Assembly (NCBI GenBank): GCA_964474825.1
Contig: CAYYWQ010000001.1
Location: 421,609 to 485,608, forward strand
Source: an uncultured Candidatus Saccharibacteria bacterium
GTDB lineage: Bacteria > Patescibacteriota > Doudnabacteria > UBA920
Direction: 5' to 3'
DNA: 64,000 bases
The notes beneath the pieces are model-generated. The model did no database searches and was not told the origin of the DNA. It saw only the letters and a list, made by a program, of their open reading frames with translations. Made by a program: the position numbers and the translations under genes. Shown here in pieces: positions 19,920-28,292 of the stretch. Numbering within the stretch: position 1 is the stretch's first letter; each line of letters starts with the position of its first letter.

Positions 19920-22697
19920 TTATCCTCCAACCTTTGCTTGATGTTTTGCCCCGCCTTTAGCCATGAGCTGTAAATGTTCGGCGGTGTTTATCATACCGCA
20001 TTTCTTAAACTTTTTTCCACTGCCACAAGGACAAAGGTCGTTGCGGCCAATACCTTCAAATTTTGGATCTGCTGATTTGCTTATGGACTGATTAGCTGAT
20101 CCGCTACTTGTTTGAAGATTTATTTGCTGAACCTGCTGGGGCTGAACCTGAACACCTACATGGAATATACTATAAACTATTTGCTTGTTAATTTCACCAA
20201 TAAGCCGCTGAAACATTGTGTAGCCTTCTTTTTTGTATTCCACAAGCGGGTCGCGCTGGCCGTAGCCTCTTAAGCGAACACTGTCACGAAGATGGTCCAT
20301 TGTGTCCAGGTGCTCCATCCACAAAGTATCCAGCGACTGCAGTGTTACAAACCTTTGGGCGCCGTCAAAAATTTCTTTACCCATTTCTTTTTCTTTGGTT
20401 TCCCAATATTCCAAAGCAGACTGGTAAAATGTGTCTGTAATTGAGAACTCTTTGTCTGCGGCATTATTAGCTGCTTCACGCGCCTTTTTAACTAAGTCGG
20501 GAGTAACAGGAATTATTGTGCTAATTTGTTTGGCAATTTCGTCTATTGGGTTAACCTTTGACTCAGTAACACCTTCTTCCAAAACTGGATTTAAAGCTAT
20601 GGTTACGACTTGCCCGACTTCGTCTTTAACTAAATCTAAAATTTCCTGTTTTAAATCAAACTCTTTGCTTTCTTCCGTGCCTGGTACGTATTTACGGCGG
20701 CGTTTGTAAATTATATTACGTTGATGGTTTAAAACATCGTCAAATTCCAAAACATGTTTTCGGGTATCAAAGTTAAGTCCTTCAATTTTCTTTTGCGCCG
20801 ACTCAATTGATTTAGAAACCATACCGGCCTCAATAGGCTGGTCGTCTGCCATACCTAAGCGAGTCATAAGGCCCTTCATTCGTTCGCCGCCAAAAAGTCT
20901 CATAAGGTCGTCTTCCATGCTTACAAAAAACTGGGAAGATCCTGGGTCACCTTGGCGTCCCGCGCGGCCGCGTAATTGGTTGTCTATACGCCGGCTTTCA
21001 TGCCGTTCGGTACCCAAAATATGCAAACCGCCGGCTTTTTTAACAGCCTCAGCTTCTTCCGGGTCGGACGGATTACCTCCCAAAAGAATGTCCACACCAC
21101 GTCCGGCAATGTTAGTAGCGAGTGTTATAGCCTTAAAACGTCCGGCCTGGGAAATAATGTGTGCCTCGCGTTCGTGGTTTTTGGCGTTTAAAATTTCAAA
21201 CTGCAGCCCCTCTTTTTTTAAAACCTCAGCAAGCATTTCGTTTTTAGCAATGCTCACTGTACCAATTAAAACCGGTTGGCCGATTTTATTGCGCTCTTTA
21301 ATTTCTTTGGCAATGGCGTTAAATTTGGCTTCCTCGGTTTTATAAACCGTATCGGGCCTGTCTTCCCTTACCATGGGCTTGTTGGTGGGAATTTGCTCAA
21401 CTGTAAGCTTATATATTTTAAAGAATTCTTCTTCCTCAGTTTTAGCAGTACCAGTCATACCCGAAAGGAACGAATATAACCTAAATAGATTTTGGAAAGT
21501 AATAGTAGCGAGTGTTTTACTTTCCTGCTGAATTTTTACATTTTCTTTGGCTTCAATGGCCTGGTGAAGGCCTTCTGAATACCTGCGGCCAAACATCATT
21601 CTGCCTGTAAATTCGTCTACAATAATAATTTCGCCGTCACGTACAACATAGTCACGATCTTTTTTAAACAAACCTCGGGCACGAACAGCTTGTTCAATGT
21701 GGTGGATAGTGGTAACACCTTTACTGGTGTCATAAATATTTGGAACTTTTAAAATTTGTTCAATTTTGCTAATTCCCTGGTCTGTTAAACTCGCGGCTTT
21801 ATGCTTTTCGTCTACAATATAGTCTTTGCCTTCTTCCAAACGGTCTACCATTTTGGCAAAATCGTAATACTTACTGGTTGGCTCCTGGTCCGGCATGCTG
21901 ATGATAAGGGGAGTTCTGGCTTCGTCGATGAGGATTGAGTCCACTTCGTCTACAATTGCAAAAAATAATTCGCGCTGGGTGAGCTGATTTTCGTGCTGAA
22001 CCATATTGTCACGCAAATAGTCAAAACCGTATTCGTTGTTAGTGCCGTAGGTTATGTCTGCCGCGTAAGCCTCACGCCTGCTAACCGGGCGCATATGTTT
22101 TACATCCAAAACTAAACCTTGCGTCTCCCCTTCCAACTTGTCTATTTCTTCCTGTTCGGGCTTGTACTCTGGGTCATACATAAAAGACGCTTCGTGTTGA
22201 ATAGAAGCTACTGAAAGACCAAGGTAATGATAAACCGGACCCATTAAACTAGCCTGCCAACGCGCCAAGTAGTCGTTAACAGTAACAAGATGCGCGCCCT
22301 TGCCTGCTAAGGCAAATAAAGATAAAGGCAGAGTAGCAGTTAAGGTTTTACCTTCACCGGTTTTCATTTCCGCGATTTTTTTGTTTGCTAAAGCAGCGCC
22401 GCCAATAATTTGCACATCGTAATGGAACTGGCCAATGCTGCGCTTAGCCGCCTCGCGCGTTAAAGCAAAAACTCTTGGCAAAATTTCCTTAAGCTCATCG
22501 CCAATTTCTTCAGCAGTTTCTAATTCTTTTACTTTCTCTCTAAAATCTTTAATCTCCTGCTTAATTTGTTCCTGCGAAAGAGCCGCTACTTGGTCTTTAA
22601 AAGCATTCACAGCTTCAAGCTGTGAACCATAATTTTCCAAAGCGCTTTTTTCCCCGCCGAAGAGTTTTGATAAAAATGACATAATACTACAGAACAC
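19920..22697 (-). CDS. secA: Preprotein translocase ATPase SecA
   Basis: 925 aa. DEAD-like motor motifs and a C-terminal SEC-C zinc motif CPCGSGKKFKKCG. Confidence 0.95.
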   Translation of the reverse strand: MFCSIMSFLSKLFGGEKSALENYGSQLEAVNAFKDQVAALSQEQIKQEIKDFREKVKELETAEEIGDELKEILPRVFALTREAAKRSIGQFHYDVQIIGGAALANKKIAEMKTGEGKTLTATLPLSLFALAGKGAHLVTVNDYLARWQASLMGPVYHYLGLSVASIQHEASFMYDPEYKPEQEEIDKLEGETQGLVLDVKHMRPVSRREAYAADITYGTNNEYGFDYLRDNMVQHENQLTQRELFFAIVDEVDSILIDEARTPLIISMPDQEPTSKYYDFAKMVDRLEEGKDYIVDEKHKAASLTDQGISKIEQILKVPNIYDTSKGVTTIHHIEQAVRARGLFKKDRDYVVRDGEIIIVDEFTGRMMFGRRYSEGLHQAIEAKENVKIQQESKTLATITFQNLFRLYSFLSGMTGTAKTEEEEFFKIYKLTVEQIPTNKPMVREDRPDTVYKTEEAKFNAIAKEIKERNKIGQPVLIGTVSIAKNEMLAEVLKKEGLQFEILNAKNHEREAHIISQAGRFKAITLATNIAGRGVDILLGGNPSDPEEAEAVKKAGGLHILGTERHESRRIDNQLRGRAGRQGDPGSSQFFVSMEDDLMRLFGGERMKGLMTRLGMADDQPIEAGMVSKSIESAQKKIEGLNFDTRKHVLEFDDVLNHQRNIIYKRRRKYVPGTEESKEFDLKQEILDLVKDEVGQVVTIALNPVLEEGVTESKVNPIDEIAKQISTIIPVTPDLVKKAREAANNAADKEFSITDTFYQSALEYWETKEKEMGKEIFDGAQRFVTLQSLDTLWMEHLDTMDHLRDSVRLRGYGQRDPLVEYKKEGYTMFQRLIGEINKQIVYSIFHVGVQVQPQQVQQINLQTSSGSANQSISKSADPKFEGIGRNDLCPCGSGKKFKKCGMINTAEHLQLMAKGGAKHQAKVGG

Positions 22698-22709
22698 GGA
22701 TTAAAAATT

Positions 22710-22760
22710 CACTACAGATGCCTACAGAAAACTGCAGTCCTTCTGTAGGCATCTGTAGTG
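22710..22760. promoter_or_regulatory. Perfect 20-bp-arm inverted repeat in the secA leader/promoter region
   Basis: CACTACAGATGCCTACAGAA - 11 nt - TTCTGTAGGCATCTGTAGTG, 13-63 nt upstream of the secA start. Followed by a GTAGAC-N4-GTAGAC direct repeat. Confidence 0.4.
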
Positions 22761-22936
22761 TTTCTTTCTGTAGACTTCCGTAGACTATTATACCAGAAAC
22801 CCGGGCAAAATAAAACCCCCTTTTATGGGGAAATTTAAGCAAATAAAGTGGCGGCGGAGTGAAGTTACGAGCTTCGCCCCGCCGTGAGCCATAAAAGTTT
22901 GGCCAATTTTACAGGAAGATGGTGTCGCTGGCTATA

Positions 22937-23983
22937 TTAGTCTACCGCGACTGCCAAAGATTCCAGGACACGACTTGCGCGCCAGAGATGGATGTAAGAC
23001 TGGAGATCCTCCATCATTTTCTGGAACTGCGGGATTGTGAGCGATTGAGCCCCATCGCTAACTGCTTTTTCGGGGCATGGATGCACTTCAACGATCAGGC
23101 CGTCTGCGCCAATAGCTACGCCAGCGCGAGCCAATGGGGGAACCAGGCTGCGTTTCCCGGTCGCATGACTAGGGTCGAGCACCACCGGCAAGTGGGTGAG
23201 CTCGTTGAGAACGGGAACGGCGGCTACGTCGCAAGTATTGCGCGTAGCGGTCTCGAACGTACGGATCCCGCGTTCGCACAGAATGACGTTGGGGTTTCCG
23301 TGGGCGGTGATGTATTCCGCGGACATGAGCAACTCCTTAATGGTGGAACTCATGCCGCGCTTCAGCATTACCGGCCGGCCGCATTTTCCGAGAGTTTTTA
23401 GCAGAGCGAAATTCTGCATATTGCGCGCACCAACCTGCATGATATCGGCGTAACTGGCTACCAGCTCGACATCGCGGTCACTCATCACTTCGGTTATGAT
23501 GGCGAGGCCAGTAGCATCTTTAGCTTTGCGAAGCAGCTTCAGCCCTTCTTCTTCCAAGCCCTGGAAGTCGTAAGGCGAAGTGCGGGGTTTGAAGGCGCCG
23601 CCTCTGAGGATATTTGCGCCAGCTTGGGCAACCGCGTATGCGGTTTCCATGATTTGTGTTTCGGACTCAACCGAGCACGGACCAGCCATGACCAAGAATT
23701 GGTCGCCGCCGATTTCGAAACCATTGACTTTAATCCGCGACTTACTGGCATGGAATTCCCGACTCACGAACTTGTACGGAGCTGAAATGCGGACTGCCTT
23801 TTCCACCCCTTCCATTGCGCTCACCGCTTCAACGCAGGCAGATACATCTCCTACGCCGACAGCGCCGATAACCTTGCGTACTTCTCCTGAACAGTCGTGG
23901 ACCTTGTAACCAAACCCACGAATCCGCTCACACACGGCCTCAACTTGAGCCGGTGTTGCATTCAGACCCATGCTGATTATCAT
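22937..23983 (-). CDS. aroG: 3-deoxy-D-arabino-heptulosonate-7-phosphate (DAHP) synthase, type I-beta with an N-terminal ferredoxin-like regulatory domain
   Basis: [14 protein letters not shown] and LDPSHATG motifs of the DAHPS/KDO8PS family, ~65-aa N-terminal regulatory domain, AAGGA-like RBS. The start is taken at the internal MIISMG Met (the longest ORF extends to 24076). GC content is markedly higher than the surroundings. Confidence 0.8.
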   Translation of the reverse strand: MIISMGLNATPAQVEAVCERIRGFGYKVHDCSGEVRKVIGAVGVGDVSACVEAVSAMEGVEKAVRISAPYKFVSREFHASKSRIKVNGFEIGGDQFLVMAGPCSVESETQIMETAYAVAQAGANILRGGAFKPRTSPYDFQGLEEEGLKLLRKAKDATGLAIITEVMSDRDVELVASYADIMQVGARNMQNFALLKTLGKCGRPVMLKRGMSSTIKELLMSAEYITAHGNPNVILCERGIRTFETATRNTCDVAAVPVLNELTHLPVVLDPSHATGKRSLVPPLARAGVAIGADGLIVEVHPCPEKAVSDGAQSLTIPQFQKMMEDLQSYIHLWRASRVLESLAVAVD

Positions 23984-24062
23984 GTCTTCTCTTCCTTTTT
24001 TCCTCTTTTTGGATTGTAACTTTCTCGCTTGCCCGTTACAAAAAACGTAAATGGCAAACAAA

Positions 24063-24086
24063 AAACCGACCGTCAAGGTCGGAAGT
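24063..24086 (-). terminator. Intrinsic terminator hairpin in the DAHP synthase leader (candidate attenuator)
   Basis: On the minus-strand RNA: CCGACC-uugac-GGUCGG followed by UUUUU. It lies ~25 nt after the leader-peptide stop and ~80 nt before the DAHPS start. Confidence 0.5.
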
Positions 24087-24108
24087 TTTAAGTTAAGTTC
24101 GTTTACTT

Positions 24109-24195
24109 TTACGACTTTATTAACTCAAAATTTCTGGCCTCGACGCCCAGAGTAAAATAAAACCAGAAAGAAAAATTTTGAGATAATTTATGCAT
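24109..24195 (-). CDS. Aromatic-rich leader peptide [28 protein letters not shown]
   Basis: 28-codon ORF between a near-consensus promoter and the terminator hairpin, with codons 8-14 = F-S-F-W-F-Y-F. No SD, because the ATG sits at the predicted transcription start (leaderless); an alternative upstream promoter is possible. Confidence 0.45.
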   Translation of the reverse strand: MHKLSQNFSFWFYFTLGVEARNFELIKS

Positions 24196-24202
24196 TTCTG
24201 TA

Positions 24203-24230
24203 ATTATATCACTCCATAAAAAACTGTCAA
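24203..24230 (-). promoter_or_regulatory. Near-consensus sigma70 promoter (TTGACA-N16-TATAAT) driving the leader peptide and DAHP synthase
   Basis: The reverse complement of 24225-24230 is TTGACA and of 24203-24208 is TATAAT, with a 16-nt spacer. Confidence 0.45.
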
Positions 24231-24244
24231 ATAACTGCTACCAC

Positions 24245-24484
24245 CTATTTCCTTTGGGGGAAACAGGTGGTAGCGCGAACCCTACGGCAAAACTTCAGGT
24301 CGGGGAGATGCAGCTCAAACGTCCTGCCGAATTTTCCATCGGTTAAGAGCTGACAAATTACGCTCCCCGCGCCAATAAGCCTGACCACAAAGATGTGGTC
24401 GTGTCGCAGGAACGCTAGATTCGGACGCTGGGCTTTCAGTCCCTTAATTCTAACGAACCCGAGCCTCATGTCCGCCTTCAGCAT
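24245..24484 (-). CDS. Hypothetical small protein (GC-rich island)
   Basis: 79-aa ORF sharing one nucleotide with the upstream 79-aa ORF. No recognisable motif; may be non-coding. Confidence 0.2.
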   Translation of the reverse strand: MLKADMRLGFVRIKGLKAQRPNLAFLRHDHIFVVRLIGAGSVICQLLTDGKFGRTFELHLPDLKFCRRVRATTCFPQRK

Positions 24485-24723
24485 TACCAGGTTCCCCTTT
24501 CGTTGTGGTTCCGCATCGCTTTAGCGTACGCGAGTTCGGCTTCAAGACGAACCTGATTTTGGAGCAGTTCCAGTATCAGGCATATGTAGAAAATCGCCTT
24601 TTTTTCCATTATTCCTCCAGTCGGACAAATCACTCCAGCACCATTGTCCGCTATGTAGATTTGTGCTGGCCGACTAAGACATACATAATGCATACATCGG
24701 TCAAAACAAAACACCTCCCGCAA
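24484..24723 (-). CDS. Hypothetical small protein (GC-rich island)
   Basis: 79-aa ORF. The pair layout (two ~80-aa ORFs overlapping by 1 nt) is toxin-antitoxin-like, but no family could be recognised. Confidence 0.15.
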   Translation of the reverse strand: MREVFCFDRCMHYVCLSRPAQIYIADNGAGVICPTGGIMEKKAIFYICLILELLQNQVRLEAELAYAKAMRNHNERGTW

Positions 24724-24863
24724 AGTCCGGAGGTGTTTTAAAATTCCATAAAACAGCTTAAACCAGGACTTTTCGGTCTTGCAAAGTCCATTGCCACAAA
24801 GTGAGTTGGTTGGCTAAAGCTTTCATACAAAAGTATGATATACCCTGATGGATCCTTTGTCAA

Positions 24864-24883
24864 CTACTGCACTAGTGCAGTAG
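24864..24883. promoter_or_regulatory. Perfect 20-bp palindrome CTACTGCACTAGTGCAGTAG (candidate TrpR-like operator)
   Basis: Perfect dyad with an ACTAGT core (the E. coli TrpR operator half-site is built on CTAG), ~120 bp upstream of the TrpR-like gene. Confidence 0.35.
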
Positions 24884-25003
24884 TGCATTAGGATTGGGAG
24901 ATTTTGGCTTATGTTATCCACAATATTGATTTTAAATTGCGCAAGTGCTAACATAACTGCGCTAGCCTGCCTGCCGGTAGGCGGGTGCATTAACGTAAAA
25001 GGC

Positions 25004-25300
25004 ATGCAATATTTACATCAATACGGCCAGGAAATGGAAGAACTCTTAGCAAAAACTTCTAAGGATAAAAAGCTTTTCCACGAATTTTTGTTTGACTTGC
25101 TCTCCCCTAAGGAGTACAAGGACCTTGCGGTACGCTGGCAAATAATAAAGCAGCTTAAAAAGAACATTCCGCAAAGGGAAATTATAAAAAATCTTAAAAT
25201 TAGTATGGCCACCGTAACCAGAGGTTCCAGGGAACTCCTGAACAAAAAAGGCGGATTTGACCAAGTGTGGAATAAATATTACAAAAAAGCCACCAAGTAG
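25004..25300 (+). CDS. TrpR-like DNA-binding protein (YerC/YecD family)
   Basis: LSPKEYKDLAVRWQIIKQLKK...QREIIKNLKISMATVTRGSRELL matches the Trp-repressor-like YerC/YecD signature. Start taken at the internal MQYL Met. Confidence 0.7.
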   Translation: MQYLHQYGQEMEELLAKTSKDKKLFHEFLFDLLSPKEYKDLAVRWQIIKQLKKNIPQREIIKNLKISMATVTRGSRELLNKKGGFDQVWNKYYKKATK

Positions 25301-25312
25301 GTGGCTTTTTAA
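25287..25312 (+). terminator. Rho-independent terminator after the TrpR-like gene
   Basis: GCCACC-aagtag-GGTGGC followed by TTTTT. Confidence 0.5.
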
Positions 25313-25389
25313 ATTATTAGCGACGTAGGTGAGTGTATCCCGCTCGCGGGATAAGCGAGCCTAAGGAGTCTTAGTACAGGTTGAAACTT

Positions 25390-25719
25390 TTATTTCAAAT
25401 TCTTTAATGGAGTTTTTCGGCGGCGCAGACTTATGCGCTTGTCTTTTTGTTTGACCAGCTGATCCTTTATTTTGGGGACCGCTAAATCTAATGCCTCGTA
25501 AAAATCGTTACCTCGGGCCTCAGCATAATACTGGGGAGGGTTAACAGTAATTTCCAAGCGGAATACCAGCCCTGTTTTATGTTTGGCCTCCAACTCGGCT
25601 TCCACAAAAATCTTGTCGCTTTCGGTTACAAACTTTTCCAGAACCTCTAACTTACTGTTAATGTATTTTTTATCAGCGTCTGTTAAACTTGTCCCTGTGC
25701 CCTTTATGTTGATATTCAT
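25390..25719 (-). CDS. hpf: Ribosome hibernation promoting factor (short HPF/RaiA/YfiA family)
   Basis: 109 aa with the N-terminus MNINIKGTGTSLTDADKKYINSKLEVLEKF typical of HPF. Confidence 0.8.
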   Translation of the reverse strand: MNINIKGTGTSLTDADKKYINSKLEVLEKFVTESDKIFVEAELEAKHKTGLVFRLEITVNPPQYYAEARGNDFYEALDLAVPKIKDQLVKQKDKRISLRRRKTPLKNLK

Positions 25720-25742
25720 ATGTTAACTTTGCTCTTTAGGCA

Positions 25743-26837
25743 TTAATGTTTCTTTATTATATCATATTTTGCCAATTCTTCCTTACTAAAGCCAATTAAT
25801 TCCGGCTCTATTTCCAAATCTAACCCGGTTTTTTCTTTTACTAAGGCCAAAACTCCCCCGGCAAGTTCTAAAACATCTACAGCCTTAGCCTTACCGGTTG
25901 CATTAACTATTACAAGCGGCTGATTCTTATTTATGGCAACATTTTTATGCTTAACGCCCTTAACACCGCAAACGTCTAGCAAAAAAGCGGCCGGTATTTT
26001 AAAATGACTGTCTATGGCAATGGATTTAAGCTGTAGCCGCTTTGCTTCTTCAAAACCGAAAGCATGGGCAATCTTGATTTTAATTTTTCCAAACTCTATG
26101 CGGTCAACAATGGCGTTTTTAAAAAATGACCCTGCATTGCCGTTCTTTGCTTCTTTGGGAAAAGGGAATTTTTGGTCTCGAATACCAATTACTGCCTTGC
26201 GAATTTGCGCCAAGCTTGGCTGCTTGCCCGCAAACATTAAGTTCAAATCTCTATACCATAAGTTTGGCTTTGGGGCTTTACTTAATTTAAAATATGTTTG
26301 TAAAATAACTAACTCCCCACGGCGCTTGCGATTAAAAATACTTTCCCTGTAGCCAAAGCCGCAAACTACATTATCAAGATCAAAAATTTCCCCTGTAGCA
26401 ATTTCAAAAACTGTAACCTTACTTACAACTTGCCTCGCTTCCTGACCATAAGCTCCAACGTTCTGCACGGCAATGGCTCCTGTCTTTCCGGGGATGTGAG
26501 AAAGATTCTCAATCCCCCACCACCCTTTCTTTACTGCGAGCTCAACAATTTTGTCCCAATTTTCACCCGACGCAACTTTTAAAACCACCTCATTGCCACT
26601 TTCTTTAACTTCCCAACCTTTAAAATCCACAGCAACCGCCAAACCATTAAAGCCGTTATCGCTAATTAGCATGTTACTGCCGCCGCCCAGCATTAGCATT
26701 TCCACTTTTTCTTTTGCGGCAAAATCTACAGCCTCCCTAAGTTCTTTGTCGTTAGTAACCACGCAAAAAAACTTGGCCGGCCCGCCGATTTTAAAAGTAG
26801 TGTGCTTTGCTAAATTCTCGTTTTGTTTTATTGTCAT
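25743..26837 (-). CDS. murB: UDP-N-acetylenolpyruvoylglucosamine reductase
   Basis: FAD-binding N-domain (FKIGGPAKFF...MLMLGGGSNML) and a MurB C-terminal domain. Confidence 0.85.
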   Translation of the reverse strand: MTIKQNENLAKHTTFKIGGPAKFFCVVTNDKELREAVDFAAKEKVEMLMLGGGSNMLISDNGFNGLAVAVDFKGWEVKESGNEVVLKVASGENWDKIVELAVKKGWWGIENLSHIPGKTGAIAVQNVGAYGQEARQVVSKVTVFEIATGEIFDLDNVVCGFGYRESIFNRKRRGELVILQTYFKLSKAPKPNLWYRDLNLMFAGKQPSLAQIRKAVIGIRDQKFPFPKEAKNGNAGSFFKNAIVDRIEFGKIKIKIAHAFGFEEAKRLQLKSIAIDSHFKIPAAFLLDVCGVKGVKHKNVAINKNQPLVIVNATGKAKAVDVLELAGGVLALVKEKTGLDLEIEPELIGFSKEELAKYDIIKKH

Positions 26838-26846
26838 CCAAATTAT

Positions 26847-28292
26847 TTACAGGAGTTCTTTTATTTCATAAGCAACCCGGTTAAAGCTCCCCACCGCCAT
26901 TACTATTATAACATCTCCCGGCCGGGTCTCGGATTTTAGCAGGTCTAAAGCCTCTTGTTTGTTGTGGACTAAGCGAATATTGCCTGATTTTTTTTCTTTA
27001 ATGGCTTTTATTACATCTGCGGATGCAATAGTGGCCTCATTTGCTTTTTCTCGTGCCGGATATATTTCTGAAATTAAAACTTCGTCCGCATCAGTAAAAC
27101 TGGTTGCTAAATCAGGCAAAGTAGCTGTAGTGCGACTGAACGTGTGGGGTTCAAATACTGCCCAAATTTTGGCTTTATTATATTTTAAGCGGGCCGCCGC
27201 TAAGGTTTCCCTTACTGCGGTTGGGTGATGGGCGTAATCGTCCACAATGGTAATCCCATTTTTTACTCCCACAATTTCAAAACGGCGTTTTACGCCTTTG
27301 TAGGAAAGCAAGTCCAGTGCGATTTGCTGGCGGTCAAAACCCAAAGCCCGTAAAGTAGCAATTGCAGCCAGGGTGTTGTAAACATTTATTTTTCCAGGCA
27401 ATTGGATTTTATATTGTTCACTTTGCCCGGTCATTTTTAAAACCATGTCTTGGGAAAACTTGTTAGTAACTCCAATAGTCGTGTATTCACTCCCGTATTC
27501 CACATTCTCCAGCCTATAGTCAGCGTCGTTTTCTATACCAAAACTTACCGTTGCAATATTGCTCTTATGCACAAGTTTGGGTAAATTGGCATCGTCCGCA
27601 TTATAAACAATTAAACCGTCCGGGGGCATTGACTCAATTAGCAAAGAAAATTCTTTTTCCAAATCTTCCAAACTGGCAAACTGGTCAGGATGATCATATT
27701 CCAAATTATTTAAAACTAAAATGTCGGGCTTGTAATAATGAAATTTTGGGGTTGGGTCATCAAACTCGTTTTTATATTCGTCGCCTTCAAACACAAAGTA
27801 ATGCCCGTCACCTTTGTGAAAATTACTATTGTAATTTTGAAGCACAGCTCCAGCCACAAAAGAACTGTTGTCTATATTCTTTAATAAGTGCCCCAAAAAG
27901 CCAGTAGTGGTGGATTTACCGTGAGTACCGGCCACTACAACGCGTAGTTTGTCCTTAGAAAATTCGTACAGCAGCTCTGCAAAACCAGCGTGGGGTAAAT
28001 TGCTGTCTATGATAAATTTAACTTCCGGATTTTGCACGCTTTCACCGGCTGAAAGTATAAATAAGTCCGCTTTTGAATCTTTTACCTGCTGCTCATTATA
28101 GCCAATATGGTAAGTAATTTTATTGCTGTCCAAAACGTCTTTAGCTGGCGCGTAAACTTCCGTGGCATCACTGCCACTGACCTCATAGCCAAAATCGCGG
28201 GCAATATTTGCAGCCGCGGACATGGCAATACCGCCAATTCCGACGAAGTAGATTTTTTTAATTTTTTCTAAGTCTATTTCCATATAAATCAA
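26847..28292 (-). CDS. murC: UDP-N-acetylmuramate--L-alanine ligase (Mur ligase family, MurC/Mpl type)
   Basis: N-terminal GIGGIAMSAAAN Rossmann typical of MurC/Mpl and P-loop VVAGTHGKSTTTG. Confidence 0.8.
   Translation of the reverse strand: MIYMEIDLEKIKKIYFVGIGGIAMSAAANIARDFGYEVSGSDATEVYAPAKDVLDSNKITYHIGYNEQQVKDSKADLFILSAGESVQNPEVKFIIDSNLPHAGFAELLYEFSKDKLRVVVAGTHGKSTTTGFLGHLLKNIDNSSFVAGAVLQNYNSNFHKGDGHYFVFEGDEYKNEFDDPTPKFHYYKPDILVLNNLEYDHPDQFASLEDLEKEFSLLIESMPPDGLIVYNADDANLPKLVHKSNIATVSFGIENDADYRLENVEYGSEYTTIGVTNKFSQDMVLKMTGQSEQYKIQLPGKINVYNTLAAIATLRALGFDRQQIALDLLSYKGVKRRFEIVGVKNGITIVDDYAHHPTAVRETLAAARLKYNKAKIWAVFEPHTFSRTTATLPDLATSFTDADEVLISEIYPAREKANEATIASADVIKAIKEKKSGNIRLVHNKQEALDLLKSETRPGDVIIVMAVGSFNRVAYEIKELL

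Noticed and set aside
22919-23909. Plus-strand ORFs (85-160 aa) antisense to the DAHP synthase gene
   Set aside because: GC-rich DNA keeps antisense frames open. The DAHPS frame has clear family motifs.
24505-24741. 78-aa plus-strand ORF ending at the 24709-24739 hairpin
   Set aside because: The translation has no recognisable features. Kept only as a caveat that the strand assignment of the small ORFs in this island is uncertain.
25321-25370. GC-rich hairpin (TATCCCG-ctcg-CGGGATA) downstream of both hpf and the TrpR-like gene as a possible sRNA
   Set aside because: Most simply explained as a convergent terminator region; there is no extended conserved structure to support an sRNA call.
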